This document shows positions 17,790 through 28,170 of a stretch of 47,405 bases of DNA, piece by piece (position 1 is the stretch's first letter; every line of letters starts with the position of its first letter). The position numbers and the translations under genes are program-made. Below the pieces are notes generated by a model. The model was not told where the DNA came from and made no database searches. It saw nothing but the letters and a program-made list of their open reading frames with translations. This stretch comes from Candidatus Brocadiia bacterium (lineage in GTDB: Bacteria > Planctomycetota > Brocadiia > SM23-32): assembly GCA_046538485.1 (NCBI GenBank), contig JBKHIT010000037.1, positions 1 through 47,405 of the forward strand, read 5' to 3'.

Positions 17790-18680
17790 TTAATCTTGAG
17801 TTTCCGAAGATTTTTGTCCATTCTTATCTTCAGGCTCGATTTCAGGCAATTCGTTCTTCGGTTCCTTCCTGTTTTTTCCCGGATCATCTTCCAGCCCCGG
17901 AAGTTCGGGTAAGTTTTTCGGTTCGACTTCAGGTTGCTCCGGCTTTTGAGTTTCCTCCGGGATTGGGGGCGGAGGCACTGGCGGTAACAGTTTTTCACCC
18001 GCACGAAGCTTACCCAGGCGGAACTCGGCCAGCCGTGTGGTTTCATCGGGTTTTTTACCATTCGAGGAAACCACGTTTTCGTAAGCTCTCATTGCTGCCT
18101 GTCGGTCGCCGGCCAATTCGTGCGTCCGACCAACATCGAGCCAAAAACGCGAAATTCCGGACCGCCTTTGGGCAATTTTCGTGTACTGGGCTGCGGCTTC
18201 CTTGTACTGACCGAGAGTTTCCAGGGTTGCTGCAAGGCTCGGGGCCGAAAATTGCGTTGCGTGGTGTTTGGGATATTTTTTGGCGAGTTGTTTATAAATT
18301 GTAAGAGCTTCGGGATACTGGCCGGCTGAGAAAAGAGTGTTTGCCAATTTTAGCATAACCCACGGTGTGGCGCTGTTGTCCCATCCTTCGTCGAGCAGGT
18401 TTTCACAGCTTTTTATGACCTCACGTTGGATTTTGTTGCGTTGTTCGGGTTGCATGTACGGACTGGAGGCGGAGGGAAGGGAGGAAAGCTGTTGCCAGGC
18501 AGACGCTTCTTCCAGAGTCGCTTTTTTGCGCCAGCTCTGGTAAAAAAGCAAAAGGACAATGATAGCCAGCACGACAACCAGGGCGATGCGCCAGTATTTC
18601 TCGAAATATTCCTGAGCCATTTCCCAGGTCCTCGTGGCCCAGTCTTTTTGTTCGATGTCCAGTTTTTTTCGCTCTGTCAT
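17790..18680 (-). CDS. Membrane-anchored TPR protein (YfgM-like) with Pro/Glu-rich tail
   Basis: Single N-terminal TM (IALVVVLAIIVLLLF), TPR-type helices (LANTLFSAGQYPEALTIY, LAATLETLGQYKEAAAQY). Confidence 0.7.
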   Translation of the reverse strand: MTERKKLDIEQKDWATRTWEMAQEYFEKYWRIALVVVLAIIVLLLFYQSWRKKATLEEASAWQQLSSLPSASSPYMQPEQRNKIQREVIKSCENLLDEGWDNSATPWVMLKLANTLFSAGQYPEALTIYKQLAKKYPKHHATQFSAPSLAATLETLGQYKEAAAQYTKIAQRRSGISRFWLDVGRTHELAGDRQAAMRAYENVVSSNGKKPDETTRLAEFRLGKLRAGEKLLPPVPPPPIPEETQKPEQPEVEPKNLPELPGLEDDPGKNRKEPKNELPEIEPEDKNGQKSSETQD

Positions 18681-18909
18681 GATCAGAAAGGGGTCTTTAA
18701 GAAATCAACAATTGAAACTTGCAGAAAGCAAGATGGATACGGCTGGTGAAAAGCTTTTAACTCGACCCCCTGAATTCTACACAGAAGAACGCAAAGGTGC
18801 AAGACGATAAGGGTTACAATTTCAGCCTGGCAAACTTGCAAAGATGGAGGAATGTGTCAATAATGTTAATCGATACCGGCGTCGTCCATGATAGGCAAGG
18901 GGAACCCCG

Positions 18910-19476
18910 ATGAACGAATCTGCAGATAAAAAGCGTTTCCATTCGACGACCATCATTTCGGTGCGCTGTGGTGCTGAGGTTGCCATTGGTGGAGATGGTC
19001 AGGTGACGATGGATAATACGATTGTTAAACGTGGTGCCAGTAAAATTCGAAGGCTTTACCATGATGAGGTGATTGTGGGATTTGCGGGTTCGGCCGGTGA
19101 TGCCTTCGCGTTGTTGGAGCGTTTCGGTGGGAAACTGGAGGAATATCAGGGAAACCTTTTGCGGAGCGCGCATGAATTGGCGAAAGAATGGCGTACCGAT
19201 AAAATGCTTCGGCCTCTTGAAAGCCTTCTCATTTGCGCCAATAAAGAGCATACTCTCTTAATCAGCGGGACAGGAGAAGTAATCGAGTCTGATGATGGCG
19301 TTACAGGTATTGGTTCGGGCGGTGGTTACGCTACGGCAGCTGCCCGTGCACTGGTGAATGAGACAGACCTTTCGGCCGAGATAATTGTTGAAAAAGCACT
19401 TGGAATTGCGGCAGATATATGCGTTTACACCAATCACGAAATCAAGATCGAGCTTTTGTCGAGCGAAACGAACTGA
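18910..19476 (+). CDS. hslV: ATP-dependent protease peptidase subunit HslV
   Basis: [48 protein letters not shown]. Confidence 0.97.
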   Translation: MNESADKKRFHSTTIISVRCGAEVAIGGDGQVTMDNTIVKRGASKIRRLYHDEVIVGFAGSAGDAFALLERFGGKLEEYQGNLLRSAHELAKEWRTDKMLRPLESLLICANKEHTLLISGTGEVIESDDGVTGIGSGGGYATAAARALVNETDLSAEIIVEKALGIAADICVYTNHEIKIELLSSETN

Positions 19477-20801
19477 CCCCGAAACGTATCGTTGAAGAAC
19501 TCGAAAAATATATCGTGGGTCAGGACGAAGCGAAACGAGCCGTTGCTATCGCACTGCGTAATCGGTGGCGGCGGCGGCAGACCGACGAAGAGATGAGCCG
19601 GGAAATTCTCCCCAAGAATATCATTATGATCGGGCCGACAGGCGTTGGGAAAACCGAAATCGCACGTAGGTTAGCCGACCTGGCGCGAGCCCCATTCATC
19701 AAAGTCGAAGCTTCGAAATACACCGAAGTCGGTTATCACGGGCGGGATGTCGAAAGCATGGTGCGGGAACTTGTTGAAGTCGCCATCGATATGGTTGGCG
19801 AAGAAATGGCCGAGGAGGTGCGCCCCCAGGCTGAGGAAAACACTGAAGAACGATTGCTGGAACGTCTTTACGAACCCGATGTCGAAATTCAGGAAACCCC
19901 CGAGGATTACGATCGGACAGAACAGCGCAGACGGGCCCGTGAACGGCTCCGGGAGATGCTGGAAAATGGGAAATTGGAAGACAGAAAAATCGAAATCGAG
20001 GTCTCCGAAAAACCACAGGTAGTGCAGACTATGGCGGTCGGAGGAGATGAGATGGGGATGGACATGCAGGGGCTTCTGGAACAGATGCTTCCCAGCCGCA
20101 CTGAAACCCGGCGTCTGTCCGTTAAAGAAGCTCGACGTGTCCTGATACAACAGGAAACTGAACGCCTCATTGACCGCGAGACACTCCATCGCAGAGCACA
20201 ACAACGAGCGCAGGAAAACGGGATTATCTTCATTGATGAAATAGATAAGATTGCCGGGCGGGAAAGCGGCCATGGCCCGGAAGTCAGCCGCGAGGGCGTG
20301 CAAAGGGATCTTTTGCCTATTGTCGAAGGTTCCTCCGTCCCGACGCGTTACGGTGTGGTGAAAAGCGACCATATTCTGTTTGTGGCCGCTGGAGCGTTTA
20401 CTGTCACCCGACCGAGTGACCTTATCCCCGAATTGCAGGGAAGGTTTCCCATCCGTGTCGAACTGGATTCGCTGACGCAAGAGGATTTCAGGCGTATCCT
20501 CGTCGAACCGCGAAACGCATTGGCAAAGCAGTATATAGCCTTACTTGAGACGGAAGGGGTGGAGCTGGTTTTCCAGGAAGATGCTATCGAGAGAATCGCC
20601 GAAATATCCGAGAAGGTGAACGAAACCACCGAAAGTATCGGCGCTCGCCGGTTGCAGACGGTAATGGAAAAATTGTTAGAAGAAGTGAGCTTTCACGCCC
20701 CCGATATGGAGGGTACGTGCGTTGAAATAGACGCGGATTATGTGGATAAAAGGTTAGAAAAATTACTCGAAGATGTAGATATGGTCAGATATATTCTCTA
20801 A
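19419..20801 (+). CDS. hslU: ATP-dependent protease ATPase subunit HslU
   Basis: [63 protein letters not shown]; true start unclear. Confidence 0.96.
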   Translation: MRLHQSRNQDRAFVERNELTPKRIVEELEKYIVGQDEAKRAVAIALRNRWRRRQTDEEMSREILPKNIIMIGPTGVGKTEIARRLADLARAPFIKVEASKYTEVGYHGRDVESMVRELVEVAIDMVGEEMAEEVRPQAEENTEERLLERLYEPDVEIQETPEDYDRTEQRRRARERLREMLENGKLEDRKIEIEVSEKPQVVQTMAVGGDEMGMDMQGLLEQMLPSRTETRRLSVKEARRVLIQQETERLIDRETLHRRAQQRAQENGIIFIDEIDKIAGRESGHGPEVSREGVQRDLLPIVEGSSVPTRYGVVKSDHILFVAAGAFTVTRPSDLIPELQGRFPIRVELDSLTQEDFRRILVEPRNALAKQYIALLETEGVELVFQEDAIERIAEISEKVNETTESIGARRLQTVMEKLLEEVSFHAPDMEGTCVEIDADYVDKRLEKLLEDVDMVRYIL

Positions 20802-20820
20802 AATTTTCGGAGGGTCCCAG

Positions 20821-21228
20821 ATGGGCGAAGAAAAATGTGCTGTGTGTCATCAGAGGCCAGCTAAACATCGGTGTATCCAGTGTCATAAACCAGTATGTGA
20901 TGAATGTGCGTTTAAAAACGCGTACGGCGTATTCTGCAGTCGGGACTGCGCTGCTACACACCAGGAGTTCCGGGAAAACCAGGCTGCGGAAAAGGCCAGA
21001 AAACAGGGCTTAATAAAGACGCTTATCAGGCTCATCATCATTGTTGTTCTGTTGGGCATTATCGCCGTGGCCGTGGCAGTTTTCAGCGCAAAACAGGGCT
21101 TTTGGGGGGAGGAAGTTCAGAATAGCGTTATCAAGAAACAGACAGAAATTCAGAAGAAAGCCGTTGAGAAAAAGGAACAAATCGAAGAGAAGTTGAAAAA
21201 ATCGTCATCCCCCTCGCCGGAAGAATAA
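20821..21228 (+). CDS. Small Cys/His-rich (B-box-like) zinc-finger membrane protein
   Basis: CAVCH...CIQCHKPVCDEC...FCSRDC followed by one TM helix and a Lys/Glu-rich tail; GGAGG upstream. Confidence 0.7.
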   Translation: MGEEKCAVCHQRPAKHRCIQCHKPVCDECAFKNAYGVFCSRDCAATHQEFRENQAAEKARKQGLIKTLIRLIIIVVLLGIIAVAVAVFSAKQGFWGEEVQNSVIKKQTEIQKKAVEKKEQIEEKLKKSSSPSPEE

Positions 21229-21249
21229 AACAGAAGCAGAAAGGTGTCG

Positions 21250-23097
21250 TTATTCCTGCTCGGCTTCTTTAGCATCCTCCGTTTCTCTTTCCGATTTAGC
21301 TTGCCTGACGAAATAATCGGGTTTCGGACGTTTATGCGGTGGAAGCTCGTAATCAGGTTCCTGTCCCGTAATCTTCCCTATGGCCCACTTGGTAATCGTG
21401 CGGATTCTGTATGTCTCGGTCCCATCGGTTAGATGTTCTCTGAGGGTTCCAACGGCTTTTCGGGAACCGATTCGTCCGAATGCAACGGCGGCTTCGAAGC
21501 GGAGATCGGGCGATTCGGGGAACATCCCGCCTGTATCGTTAAAGCGTCGTATTAGCATTCCTATACTGCCTTCGTTTTTCAGCATACCCAGAGCGCGGAC
21601 GGCGGCAGAGCGAAGGGGCGTGGCTGTGCCAGGATTGGACATAGTTGGCTTGTCAGGAATGATTTTTTGATACCAGGGGATGGGTTTGCGGTACCCGAGT
21701 TTGCCCATTGACAGGACCGCGCAGGAAGCGGTCTCGACATCCTGATCCTCCGGGGTGGCACAAGCGTATAGTTTCTCGAGGATTTTTGCATCGTCGCGCC
21801 CGATTTCACCAAAAGCCCAGGCTGCCCAGCGGCGTGCCGGAAGGAATTTATCTTCCAATAGTTTCAGATGTCCCTCAATGTTGCGATCACTGCGAAGACG
21901 CCCAAGAATCTGACTGGATCCCTCCCGCACGGTATTGACTTTATGACTCAGTCCTTTCCCGGCTAGTTCTTTGACCTCTTCGTTTCCGATTGTCACCATA
22001 GAATCCACAGCATCTTCCCTGACATACAAATGCTCGTCGGCGAGAAGACGATATAACTGGGGCACTCCGTTTTCTATTTTGAATTGCCCGATGGCTCGTG
22101 CAGCAACGCGTCTTACCGTATGATCACTGTCTTTTGTCCGGGCGAGATAATAATCGGAGTGTTTTGCGCCTCCGAATGTGACGAGAGCCCGAAGCGCTTC
22201 TCGGCGGACGACTCCGTTTTTGTCGTTAAGCAAGGGGATTATCAGTGGCTGTTTATTTTTGGCGCCGAGGGCGGTTATTGACCGAATAGCTGCCGCACGT
22301 TCCGCGTATCTTTTGGAAGACAGTTTTGGCATGAGTTGATCAGCATACGCCGGGTCTTCCAATTTCCCGATGGCCTGAATAGTTTCCAGGACCAGTATCG
22401 GCTCTCTGGCGTCGAGCATGTCTTTCAGTGGGCCGAATGCATCAGCCGAGCCGACACGGCCCAGAGAACGAATAGCTTCACGGGCCAAACGCCGTTTTTT
22501 TGCTGAGGTAAACGTGGCCATGTTTGAAACCGCGCTTTCTGCTTTTAGATCGCCAAGGGCTTTTAATGCTGACCAGAGGACACGTTCATGCCTGTCGCGG
22601 AGAAGGGTTGTAAGGATTTGCACTGCTTTCTTCCTCTTTTGGCCTTTCAGAACGGAGGACAGCATGCCGATCGATGTTGCGCTTTGGGCTTTGATTCCCG
22701 GAACGTCACTTTTGGCGGCGAGTTCGAGGGTAGCAAGGTTTCTGTCGGAAGGCCAATCCCCCAATATCCATGTAACCCGTTCTGCTTCTCCGGGGTCTCC
22801 GTTTTCGTACAAATCCCTCAGTAATGCGAGCTGTGCATCTGTCGGGGGCTTGGGCTCCTTTTTTTCAGGCGGCAGGTTTGTATCGAGGTACTTTCGCACT
22901 GGAGGATCATCATGTCGCAGCTCCTCACCGTGAAGTGGCGGATTTTCTGCCCCTTGTGCGGTGCAGGTCCATATGAGCAGGGGAAATAAGGCGAGCCATA
23001 AGTATTTGCGAAGTTCAATGGCTGGTTTATGATTCATTTTTTCAGATGTGTGAGCTTGGGGATTAACTTGGGATAGCATAAAGAGGGACAGTTCCAT
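21250..23097 (-). CDS. Exported HEAT-repeat (PBS lyase-like) protein
   Basis: Signal-like segment LWLALFPLLIWTCTAQG, then many repeats of the type VRREALRAL, VRRVAARAIG, LRSAAVRALG; start may be 23037. Confidence 0.8.
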   Translation of the reverse strand: MELSLFMLSQVNPQAHTSEKMNHKPAIELRKYLWLALFPLLIWTCTAQGAENPPLHGEELRHDDPPVRKYLDTNLPPEKKEPKPPTDAQLALLRDLYENGDPGEAERVTWILGDWPSDRNLATLELAAKSDVPGIKAQSATSIGMLSSVLKGQKRKKAVQILTTLLRDRHERVLWSALKALGDLKAESAVSNMATFTSAKKRRLAREAIRSLGRVGSADAFGPLKDMLDAREPILVLETIQAIGKLEDPAYADQLMPKLSSKRYAERAAAIRSITALGAKNKQPLIIPLLNDKNGVVRREALRALVTFGGAKHSDYYLARTKDSDHTVRRVAARAIGQFKIENGVPQLYRLLADEHLYVREDAVDSMVTIGNEEVKELAGKGLSHKVNTVREGSSQILGRLRSDRNIEGHLKLLEDKFLPARRWAAWAFGEIGRDDAKILEKLYACATPEDQDVETASCAVLSMGKLGYRKPIPWYQKIIPDKPTMSNPGTATPLRSAAVRALGMLKNEGSIGMLIRRFNDTGGMFPESPDLRFEAAVAFGRIGSRKAVGTLREHLTDGTETYRIRTITKWAIGKITGQEPDYELPPHKRPKPDYFVRQAKSERETEDAKEAEQE

Positions 23098-23216
23098 GTC
23101 AGGGTTTCAGTTATAATGTTGCTTCGCGCGAGCGCGCGCAGCTAACACACCAAGAATCGAATGCGAAATAGAAGAGAAAAGTATAATGTGGTCCACCATT
23201 GTGAACAAGCAATCTG

Positions 23217-23900
23217 TCAAACAGCCTTCGGGTATTCGTTACAAAGCAGAAGCAATGGTGGTTCATCTTCTTCAATTTCGGGGAATCGTCCTACTTTCTC
23301 TGCGAAGCAATTATCCGTGTTATCATCGTTTACAGCGGAGACCTCTCCGATCAGAACGGCGCCGGTATCGGGGGCACTCCAGAATTTGTGGTAGAGCCTC
23401 GGAGTAAGTGTGATACTCTCACCGGGGGAGAGGGTAATTTCCGCACCTGCCGACAGTTCCCGGGCAACTCCGTCCACGCTGACCTGCACGGGGCTTTCTT
23501 CGTCGATTTTATCCTCTTCGGTGGCATTGTAAAGTTGGATGACGAGATCTCCGCCTCCACGGTTTATGATATCTTCGATCTTTTTCCAGTGGAAATGGGT
23601 CAGGCAAATCTGCCCGCTACGCATGGCCATAATTTTCTCCGCATATGGTTTGGGATCGTAGGGGTCCTGGTCATTGCCATTTCGGAGTGTGAATAACGTG
23701 AGGCCATATTTATCAAATTCCCCCAGTCCGAAATCCGTGATGTCCCAACCGAGCATATTTCGCCGTATCTCATCGCATTCGTGGCCCTTGCTTTCCCAGT
23801 CTTCAAGGCTCCAGAAGGCGAAGGGGGGGAGTTTGAATTTGCAGTGTTCCATGAGTTTCTTGGCCCAGGCCAGATTTGAGTTGATTTCGGAACGTTTCAT
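23217..23900 (-). CDS. D-lyxose/D-mannose isomerase family cupin (DUF1498-like)
   Basis: MKRSEIN, LPPFAFWS, LGWDITDFG, LFTLRNG, YAEKIM, HFHWKKIEDIINRGGG, GEVSAVNDDNTDN. Confidence 0.9.
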   Translation of the reverse strand: MKRSEINSNLAWAKKLMEHCKFKLPPFAFWSLEDWESKGHECDEIRRNMLGWDITDFGLGEFDKYGLTLFTLRNGNDQDPYDPKPYAEKIMAMRSGQICLTHFHWKKIEDIINRGGGDLVIQLYNATEEDKIDEESPVQVSVDGVARELSAGAEITLSPGESITLTPRLYHKFWSAPDTGAVLIGEVSAVNDDNTDNCFAEKVGRFPEIEEDEPPLLLLCNEYPKAV

Positions 23901-23976
23901 GGAAAACCTCTTGTTGTTGCATTGAAAAAAAGCGCCACAGTCGATACATTGACAGTTTAGCCTGATTTATATTGGT

Positions 23977-24005
23977 ATTGAACCCGCTGGCGGGGGGAAT
24001 GTCAA
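23977..24005 (-). promoter_or_regulatory. Putative sigma70-type promoter for the isomerase gene
   Basis: Minus strand TTGACA-17 bp-TTCAAT. Confidence 0.45.
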
Positions 24006-24020
24006 GGTGGGTGGAGTTTT

Positions 24021-25022
24021 GTGACCTCAAGTTGGCCTGAAATCAATCACATGGGATTTCCCGATAAAGAAAGTTTGCTTTCCAGCCCCTGCTGGGTTTT
24101 GCTTGGTCCCACCGCAGCGGGGAAAACGGAGCTGACGTGTGAACTTGGGCGGCGGTGGCCTGTGGAAATTGTGTCCGTGGATTCAATGCAAATTTACAGA
24201 GGCATGGATATCGGGACTGCAAAGCCGTCCTCTGAACAGCGCCGGGAGATTCCCCATCATATGATCGATGTGGTGGATCCGGAAGATGAGTTCGATGTAA
24301 GCCGCTTTCGGGAGATGGCACTGGGTATTATGGAGTCTATCAGGAAGCGCGACAATATCCCTCTCCTTGTTTGCGGCACGCCCTTATATTTGAAGGCCTT
24401 GCTCTGGGGATTATTCGAAGGTCCCGGGGCCGATAGCGAAGTTCGGGAGCGCCTGCGAAAAGAAGCGGAACTAAAAGGGCGGGAACATTTACACCAGAGA
24501 CTGGCGGAGGTTGATCCAGAATCGGGTCAGCGGGTGGACCCAAATGACCTGCGGCGGATTGTCCGAGCATTGGAAGTTTACGAGCTGACCGGTCGGCCAA
24601 TTAGCCAGCGGCAGGATCAGTTCGATGGGCCTCCGGATATTGAACATATTTCTGTCGGCCTGGAATGGCCAAGAGAAATGCTTTACGAGCGAATCAACCA
24701 ACGTGTTGATCGGATGCTTGAGGAAGGTCTGGTCGAGGAGGTTCAAGAATTACAGGGTCGGCTCGGCCGGCAGGCTTCTCAGGCCGTTGGATACAAGGAG
24801 CTCATGGCACATTTTGAGGGAGATATTTCGTTTGAGGAAGCTGTTCGTTTAATCAAGCGAAATAGCCGCCATCTGGCAAAGCAACAATTGAACTGGTTCC
24901 AGCGCTTTCCGGTGCCTCGCTGGGTCAAACGATCTCATAGACAAAGTGGAGACGAATGCCTGGAAAAAGTCCAGAATTCGTTCTTGAACCTTGCACGGCA
25001 GGATATATTAAGCTATGATTAA
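24021..25022 (+). CDS. miaA: tRNA dimethylallyltransferase
   Basis: GPTAAGKT, VSVDSMQIYRGMDIGTAKP, PHHMID, RRIVRALEV, QAVGYKE, AKQQLNWF; start 24021 or 24051. Confidence 0.97.
   Translation: MTSSWPEINHMGFPDKESLLSSPCWVLLGPTAAGKTELTCELGRRWPVEIVSVDSMQIYRGMDIGTAKPSSEQRREIPHHMIDVVDPEDEFDVSRFREMALGIMESIRKRDNIPLLVCGTPLYLKALLWGLFEGPGADSEVRERLRKEAELKGREHLHQRLAEVDPESGQRVDPNDLRRIVRALEVYELTGRPISQRQDQFDGPPDIEHISVGLEWPREMLYERINQRVDRMLEEGLVEEVQELQGRLGRQASQAVGYKELMAHFEGDISFEEAVRLIKRNSRHLAKQQLNWFQRFPVPRWVKRSHRQSGDECLEKVQNSFLNLARQDILSYD
24991..25019 (+). promoter_or_regulatory. Putative promoter for the pilM locus, inside the 3' end of miaA
   Basis: TTGCAC-17 bp-TATGAT, followed by strong GAGGAGGGAGG RBS before GTG 25051. 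Confidence 0.5.
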
Positions 25023-25050
25023 ACCCCACTGGATTTGAGGAGGGAGGACA

Positions 25051-27039
25051 GTGGCCCAACAAATATGGGCGCTCGACCTTGGTAGTTGGAGTCTGAAAAT
25101 CGGGCGCGCGCCTGCTGAAAAGAAAACTCGCAAAATTGTTCTGGACCTTTACGACGAGATTCGCTACGACGCTCTGGGTCTTGATGAAGAAGCGACAGTT
25201 ATGGAGAAGATCCAGGCTGGCCTGGATACTTTTGCAGAAAAATACACTGTAGCTCTCGGTGATGACCTTTGCGTGGCAGTCTCGGGTAATGAAGTGTTCA
25301 GTCGTTTCATCAGCTTGCCCCCTGTACCCGAGAGTATATCAGAAATCATCCGGTACGAGGCGCGCCAGCAAATCCCATTCGATATGGACGAGGTTCTGTG
25401 GGATTATCAGCCTCTGAAAGAAGAGCACCAGCCCGGCGAAGAAATTGAAGTCGGGCTTTTTGCTTTGAAACAGGAAACAATCGGCGAGTTTATGTCCATG
25501 CTCGAACCATGGCGGCGCAATCTGCGGGTGATTCAGGATGCTCCGCTGGCGGTTTATAATTTTTTACGTTTCGAAGGGCGCGTTGAGGAGCCGACCATTG
25601 TCCTTGATATGGGAGCCCGCACCACAGATGTCCTTATTTTGAATCATCCCCGCTTCTGGCTTCGGCCACTTCTGGTAGGTGGCAATGCGATTACCGAAAG
25701 ACTGCAGAGTCACTTTGGGGTAACACTGAATGAATCCGAAAGGATTAAGCAGCGCGCCAGCGAAAGTTCCCGAGAAGCACAACTGTTGCGAATCATCCGC
25801 CCGGTTGTGGGAAATATGTTGAGCGAGATTCAGCGCTCGCTGGGGTATTACAAGAGTTTGTCCAAGAGCGCGCAGTTCGGAAAAATTCTGGCGCTGGGAA
25901 ATGCGTTTAAACTTCGCGGGCTCGATCGAGTTCTCTCCGACGGGCTGCAATATGATGTGGAAAAACTGAAAGAGCTGCGGCGTTTCGACTTGGGAAATGG
26001 AGTCGACAAGCAGGGATTTACCAGACAACTCGGCGGAGCCTGCACGGTGCTCGGTCTTTTGGTGCAAGGTGCGGGTAAAGGCCATATCCGTATCAATCTT
26101 GTGCCGGAAGACCTGGCCAAAGCAGCTTTGATGCGCAGCAAAAAGCCTTTCCTGCTCGGAGCTGCTGCCGCCTTGATTATCATTGCGCTGATTGTGATGT
26201 TTACTGAAAAAGCGTATGGAGAACAGCTCAAAAACTATCTCGGTAAAGGCAAGAATCTGCTGAATAAAGTCGAGGCCAATGAACGCAGCTATAGAGAGGT
26301 CCGAAGCGACGTTGTAGAAGTAAGAGACAGGGCCGACAGCCTTACTGCCCGGTATGTGGATCGGGATATCTTCCTTGAACTCATACCGTCATTGGTCTGG
26401 AAATTGCCTGATAATCCTGCAGACCGCGCGTATGTCCAAGATATGGCGTTTCATTGGATGTCCCCCGATCGGTTCGAAAGATTGGCGGAAGAGGCCAAAA
26501 GGCAAGAGATGGCTGAAGAGCGCGGTGAGGAACCGGATGCAGGTGGAATGCCTGGTGACGAGGGGATGCCGGAAGGCGGAGGAATGCCCCCGGGGGCTGG
26601 ATACGGTGAGATGCCTGGGGCGGGAGCGGGTGCCGTGCCTGACGAGAAGCCCGGCGCAGGTGCAATTCCTGGCCAGGAGGGAGCAATGCCTGGTACCACT
26701 GCCGGAATAGCGTCGGCAGCTGGAGAAAACTCGGTGCTTGTGATGGAGATGGTTTGCGAATCCACCCAGGTAGCTCGAGGGAAGGAATACGTTATGGGGG
26801 AAATCATCGAACCGCTACGGGAACTTCGCTCTCCTGAGGACGGCCGGCTTATCTTCAGTGAAGTCCATTTACAAGCATTGCCCGAAGGTATGTTCCGTGC
26901 AGCCAGAGACGGGCGGAAAATTCCCGAAGAGAAGGCAAGTGAAGTAGAAGCGATTATGTTCTTGCAATTTAAGATTGTCGCGAAAGTAAATATCTCGGCT
27001 GAAAAAGAAGTGAATACTGAAGAACCTGAAACCCCCTGA
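25051..27039 (+). CDS. pilM: Type IV pilus assembly PilM actin-like domain fused to a PilN-like membrane/periplasmic part
   Basis: WALDLGSWSLK, IRYEARQQIPF, VLDMGARTTD, GGNAIT, EIQRSLGYY; then INLVP (PilN INLLP-like), a TM helix, coiled coil and a Gly/Met/Pro-rich insert. Confidence 0.85.
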   Translation: MAQQIWALDLGSWSLKIGRAPAEKKTRKIVLDLYDEIRYDALGLDEEATVMEKIQAGLDTFAEKYTVALGDDLCVAVSGNEVFSRFISLPPVPESISEIIRYEARQQIPFDMDEVLWDYQPLKEEHQPGEEIEVGLFALKQETIGEFMSMLEPWRRNLRVIQDAPLAVYNFLRFEGRVEEPTIVLDMGARTTDVLILNHPRFWLRPLLVGGNAITERLQSHFGVTLNESERIKQRASESSREAQLLRIIRPVVGNMLSEIQRSLGYYKSLSKSAQFGKILALGNAFKLRGLDRVLSDGLQYDVEKLKELRRFDLGNGVDKQGFTRQLGGACTVLGLLVQGAGKGHIRINLVPEDLAKAALMRSKKPFLLGAAAALIIIALIVMFTEKAYGEQLKNYLGKGKNLLNKVEANERSYREVRSDVVEVRDRADSLTARYVDRDIFLELIPSLVWKLPDNPADRAYVQDMAFHWMSPDRFERLAEEAKRQEMAEERGEEPDAGGMPGDEGMPEGGGMPPGAGYGEMPGAGAGAVPDEKPGAGAIPGQEGAMPGTTAGIASAAGENSVLVMEMVCESTQVARGKEYVMGEIIEPLRELRSPEDGRLIFSEVHLQALPEGMFRAARDGRKIPEEKASEVEAIMFLQFKIVAKVNISAEKEVNTEEPETP

Positions 27040-27102
27040 AAAGGATGATGATGGGTTTTGCGCCGGGAACGGCTAAAAGCCTCTGAAGAAAGGAAGACAT
27101 CG

Positions 27103-28110
27103 ATGGGCTTTATTATCCGAATGAAGTTCTGGTTGGGGCTCGGGCTTATGGTGATTGTCGCATTGCTGATTCTGGTATTTGGAGCTTTGCCTCAAGTGGG
27201 AGAAAATCGTGAGCAGTATGAGGATCTCAAAGATCGATCCGAGAAAATGGATCGGCTTGTTCGAGGGGAAATTCCTAATCCAAAATGGGTAAAACAACAA
27301 GAGGGAGTTCAGAAGAAACTTGAGAGGCAGCTCACGGGTATTGAGGAGTTCCTCAAAGCCCCTGATTCTCAGCTTGAGAAACATCTCGGAGGCGGTTCGA
27401 AGTTACTCCCTTATTTTATCTTCCGAGAAAAATACCGCGAGAAACGGGAGGAGATCGAACAACGCTTGCGTAATAGCGTAGAAAAAGTCATTTCAAAGAA
27501 TCCGTTGGGTTTCAGCCAGCGAGGGCTTGGTTTGACCAGCCCGCCGAAAGAAGAATTGTTGCCGTTGGAAAAGAAATTATGGATACGAGAAGATTTGGTT
27601 GAAGCTATTGAAAGCCTCAATAAGGATGGAGATATTGTTACTGTTTTCAGGGAACTGAAATTTACGGCCAAACCGGAACGATATCTTGCGCGTGTTCATA
27701 AGAACCAATTTAATGTGATTCCGTTCGAGATGACAGTGGCAATGGAGTTTGATTTCGTGCCGATATTTGTGCAGAAAATCCTCCAAATCGACGTGCAGCC
27801 GGAAATCACTTCCATCGCAATGACGCGCTATCGCCACAAGGTTAAAATGTCTGAAACGGGAGAGGGTGAAGACCGAAGAGAACCGGAGGAACGGGAAGAG
27901 CCAACGTATCGAGGTGGAGGAAGGCCGGGTGCTTTTGGCGGGAGGCGGCCGATGGAGGAAATGGAAGAAACGATGACAGCCCCCTCAACTGGGGAGACCG
28001 AAGAAGTGACAGAAAAATGGCTGGTGGAGTTAACGATTACTGGTTACGTGCCGGATTACAAACAGGAAAAAGCCGAAAAAGACAAAAGAACGGGGTCCAA
28101 CGCAAGCTGA
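27103..28110 (+). CDS. Bitopic membrane protein in the PilO/GspM position
   Basis: N-terminal TM, coiled coil, C-terminal IPFEMTVAMEFDFVPIFVQKIL...VELTITGY pattern suggestive of a ferredoxin-like PilO fold; position after pilMN. Confidence 0.55.
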   Translation: MGFIIRMKFWLGLGLMVIVALLILVFGALPQVGENREQYEDLKDRSEKMDRLVRGEIPNPKWVKQQEGVQKKLERQLTGIEEFLKAPDSQLEKHLGGGSKLLPYFIFREKYREKREEIEQRLRNSVEKVISKNPLGFSQRGLGLTSPPKEELLPLEKKLWIREDLVEAIESLNKDGDIVTVFRELKFTAKPERYLARVHKNQFNVIPFEMTVAMEFDFVPIFVQKILQIDVQPEITSIAMTRYRHKVKMSETGEGEDRREPEEREEPTYRGGGRPGAFGGRRPMEEMEETMTAPSTGETEEVTEKWLVELTITGYVPDYKQEKAEKDKRTGSNAS

Positions 28111-28170
28111 AGCTGTCGCCGGCCCAGTGAGCACCCCCGGATCAGCTAAAACTGGGAGGAATCGAAAAGG

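Noticed and set aside
18690..18909. CIRCE or other heat-shock operator upstream of hslV
   Set aside because: No TTAGCACTC-N9-GAGTGCTAA; only a weak TTGCAA-17-AATAAT promoter-like match
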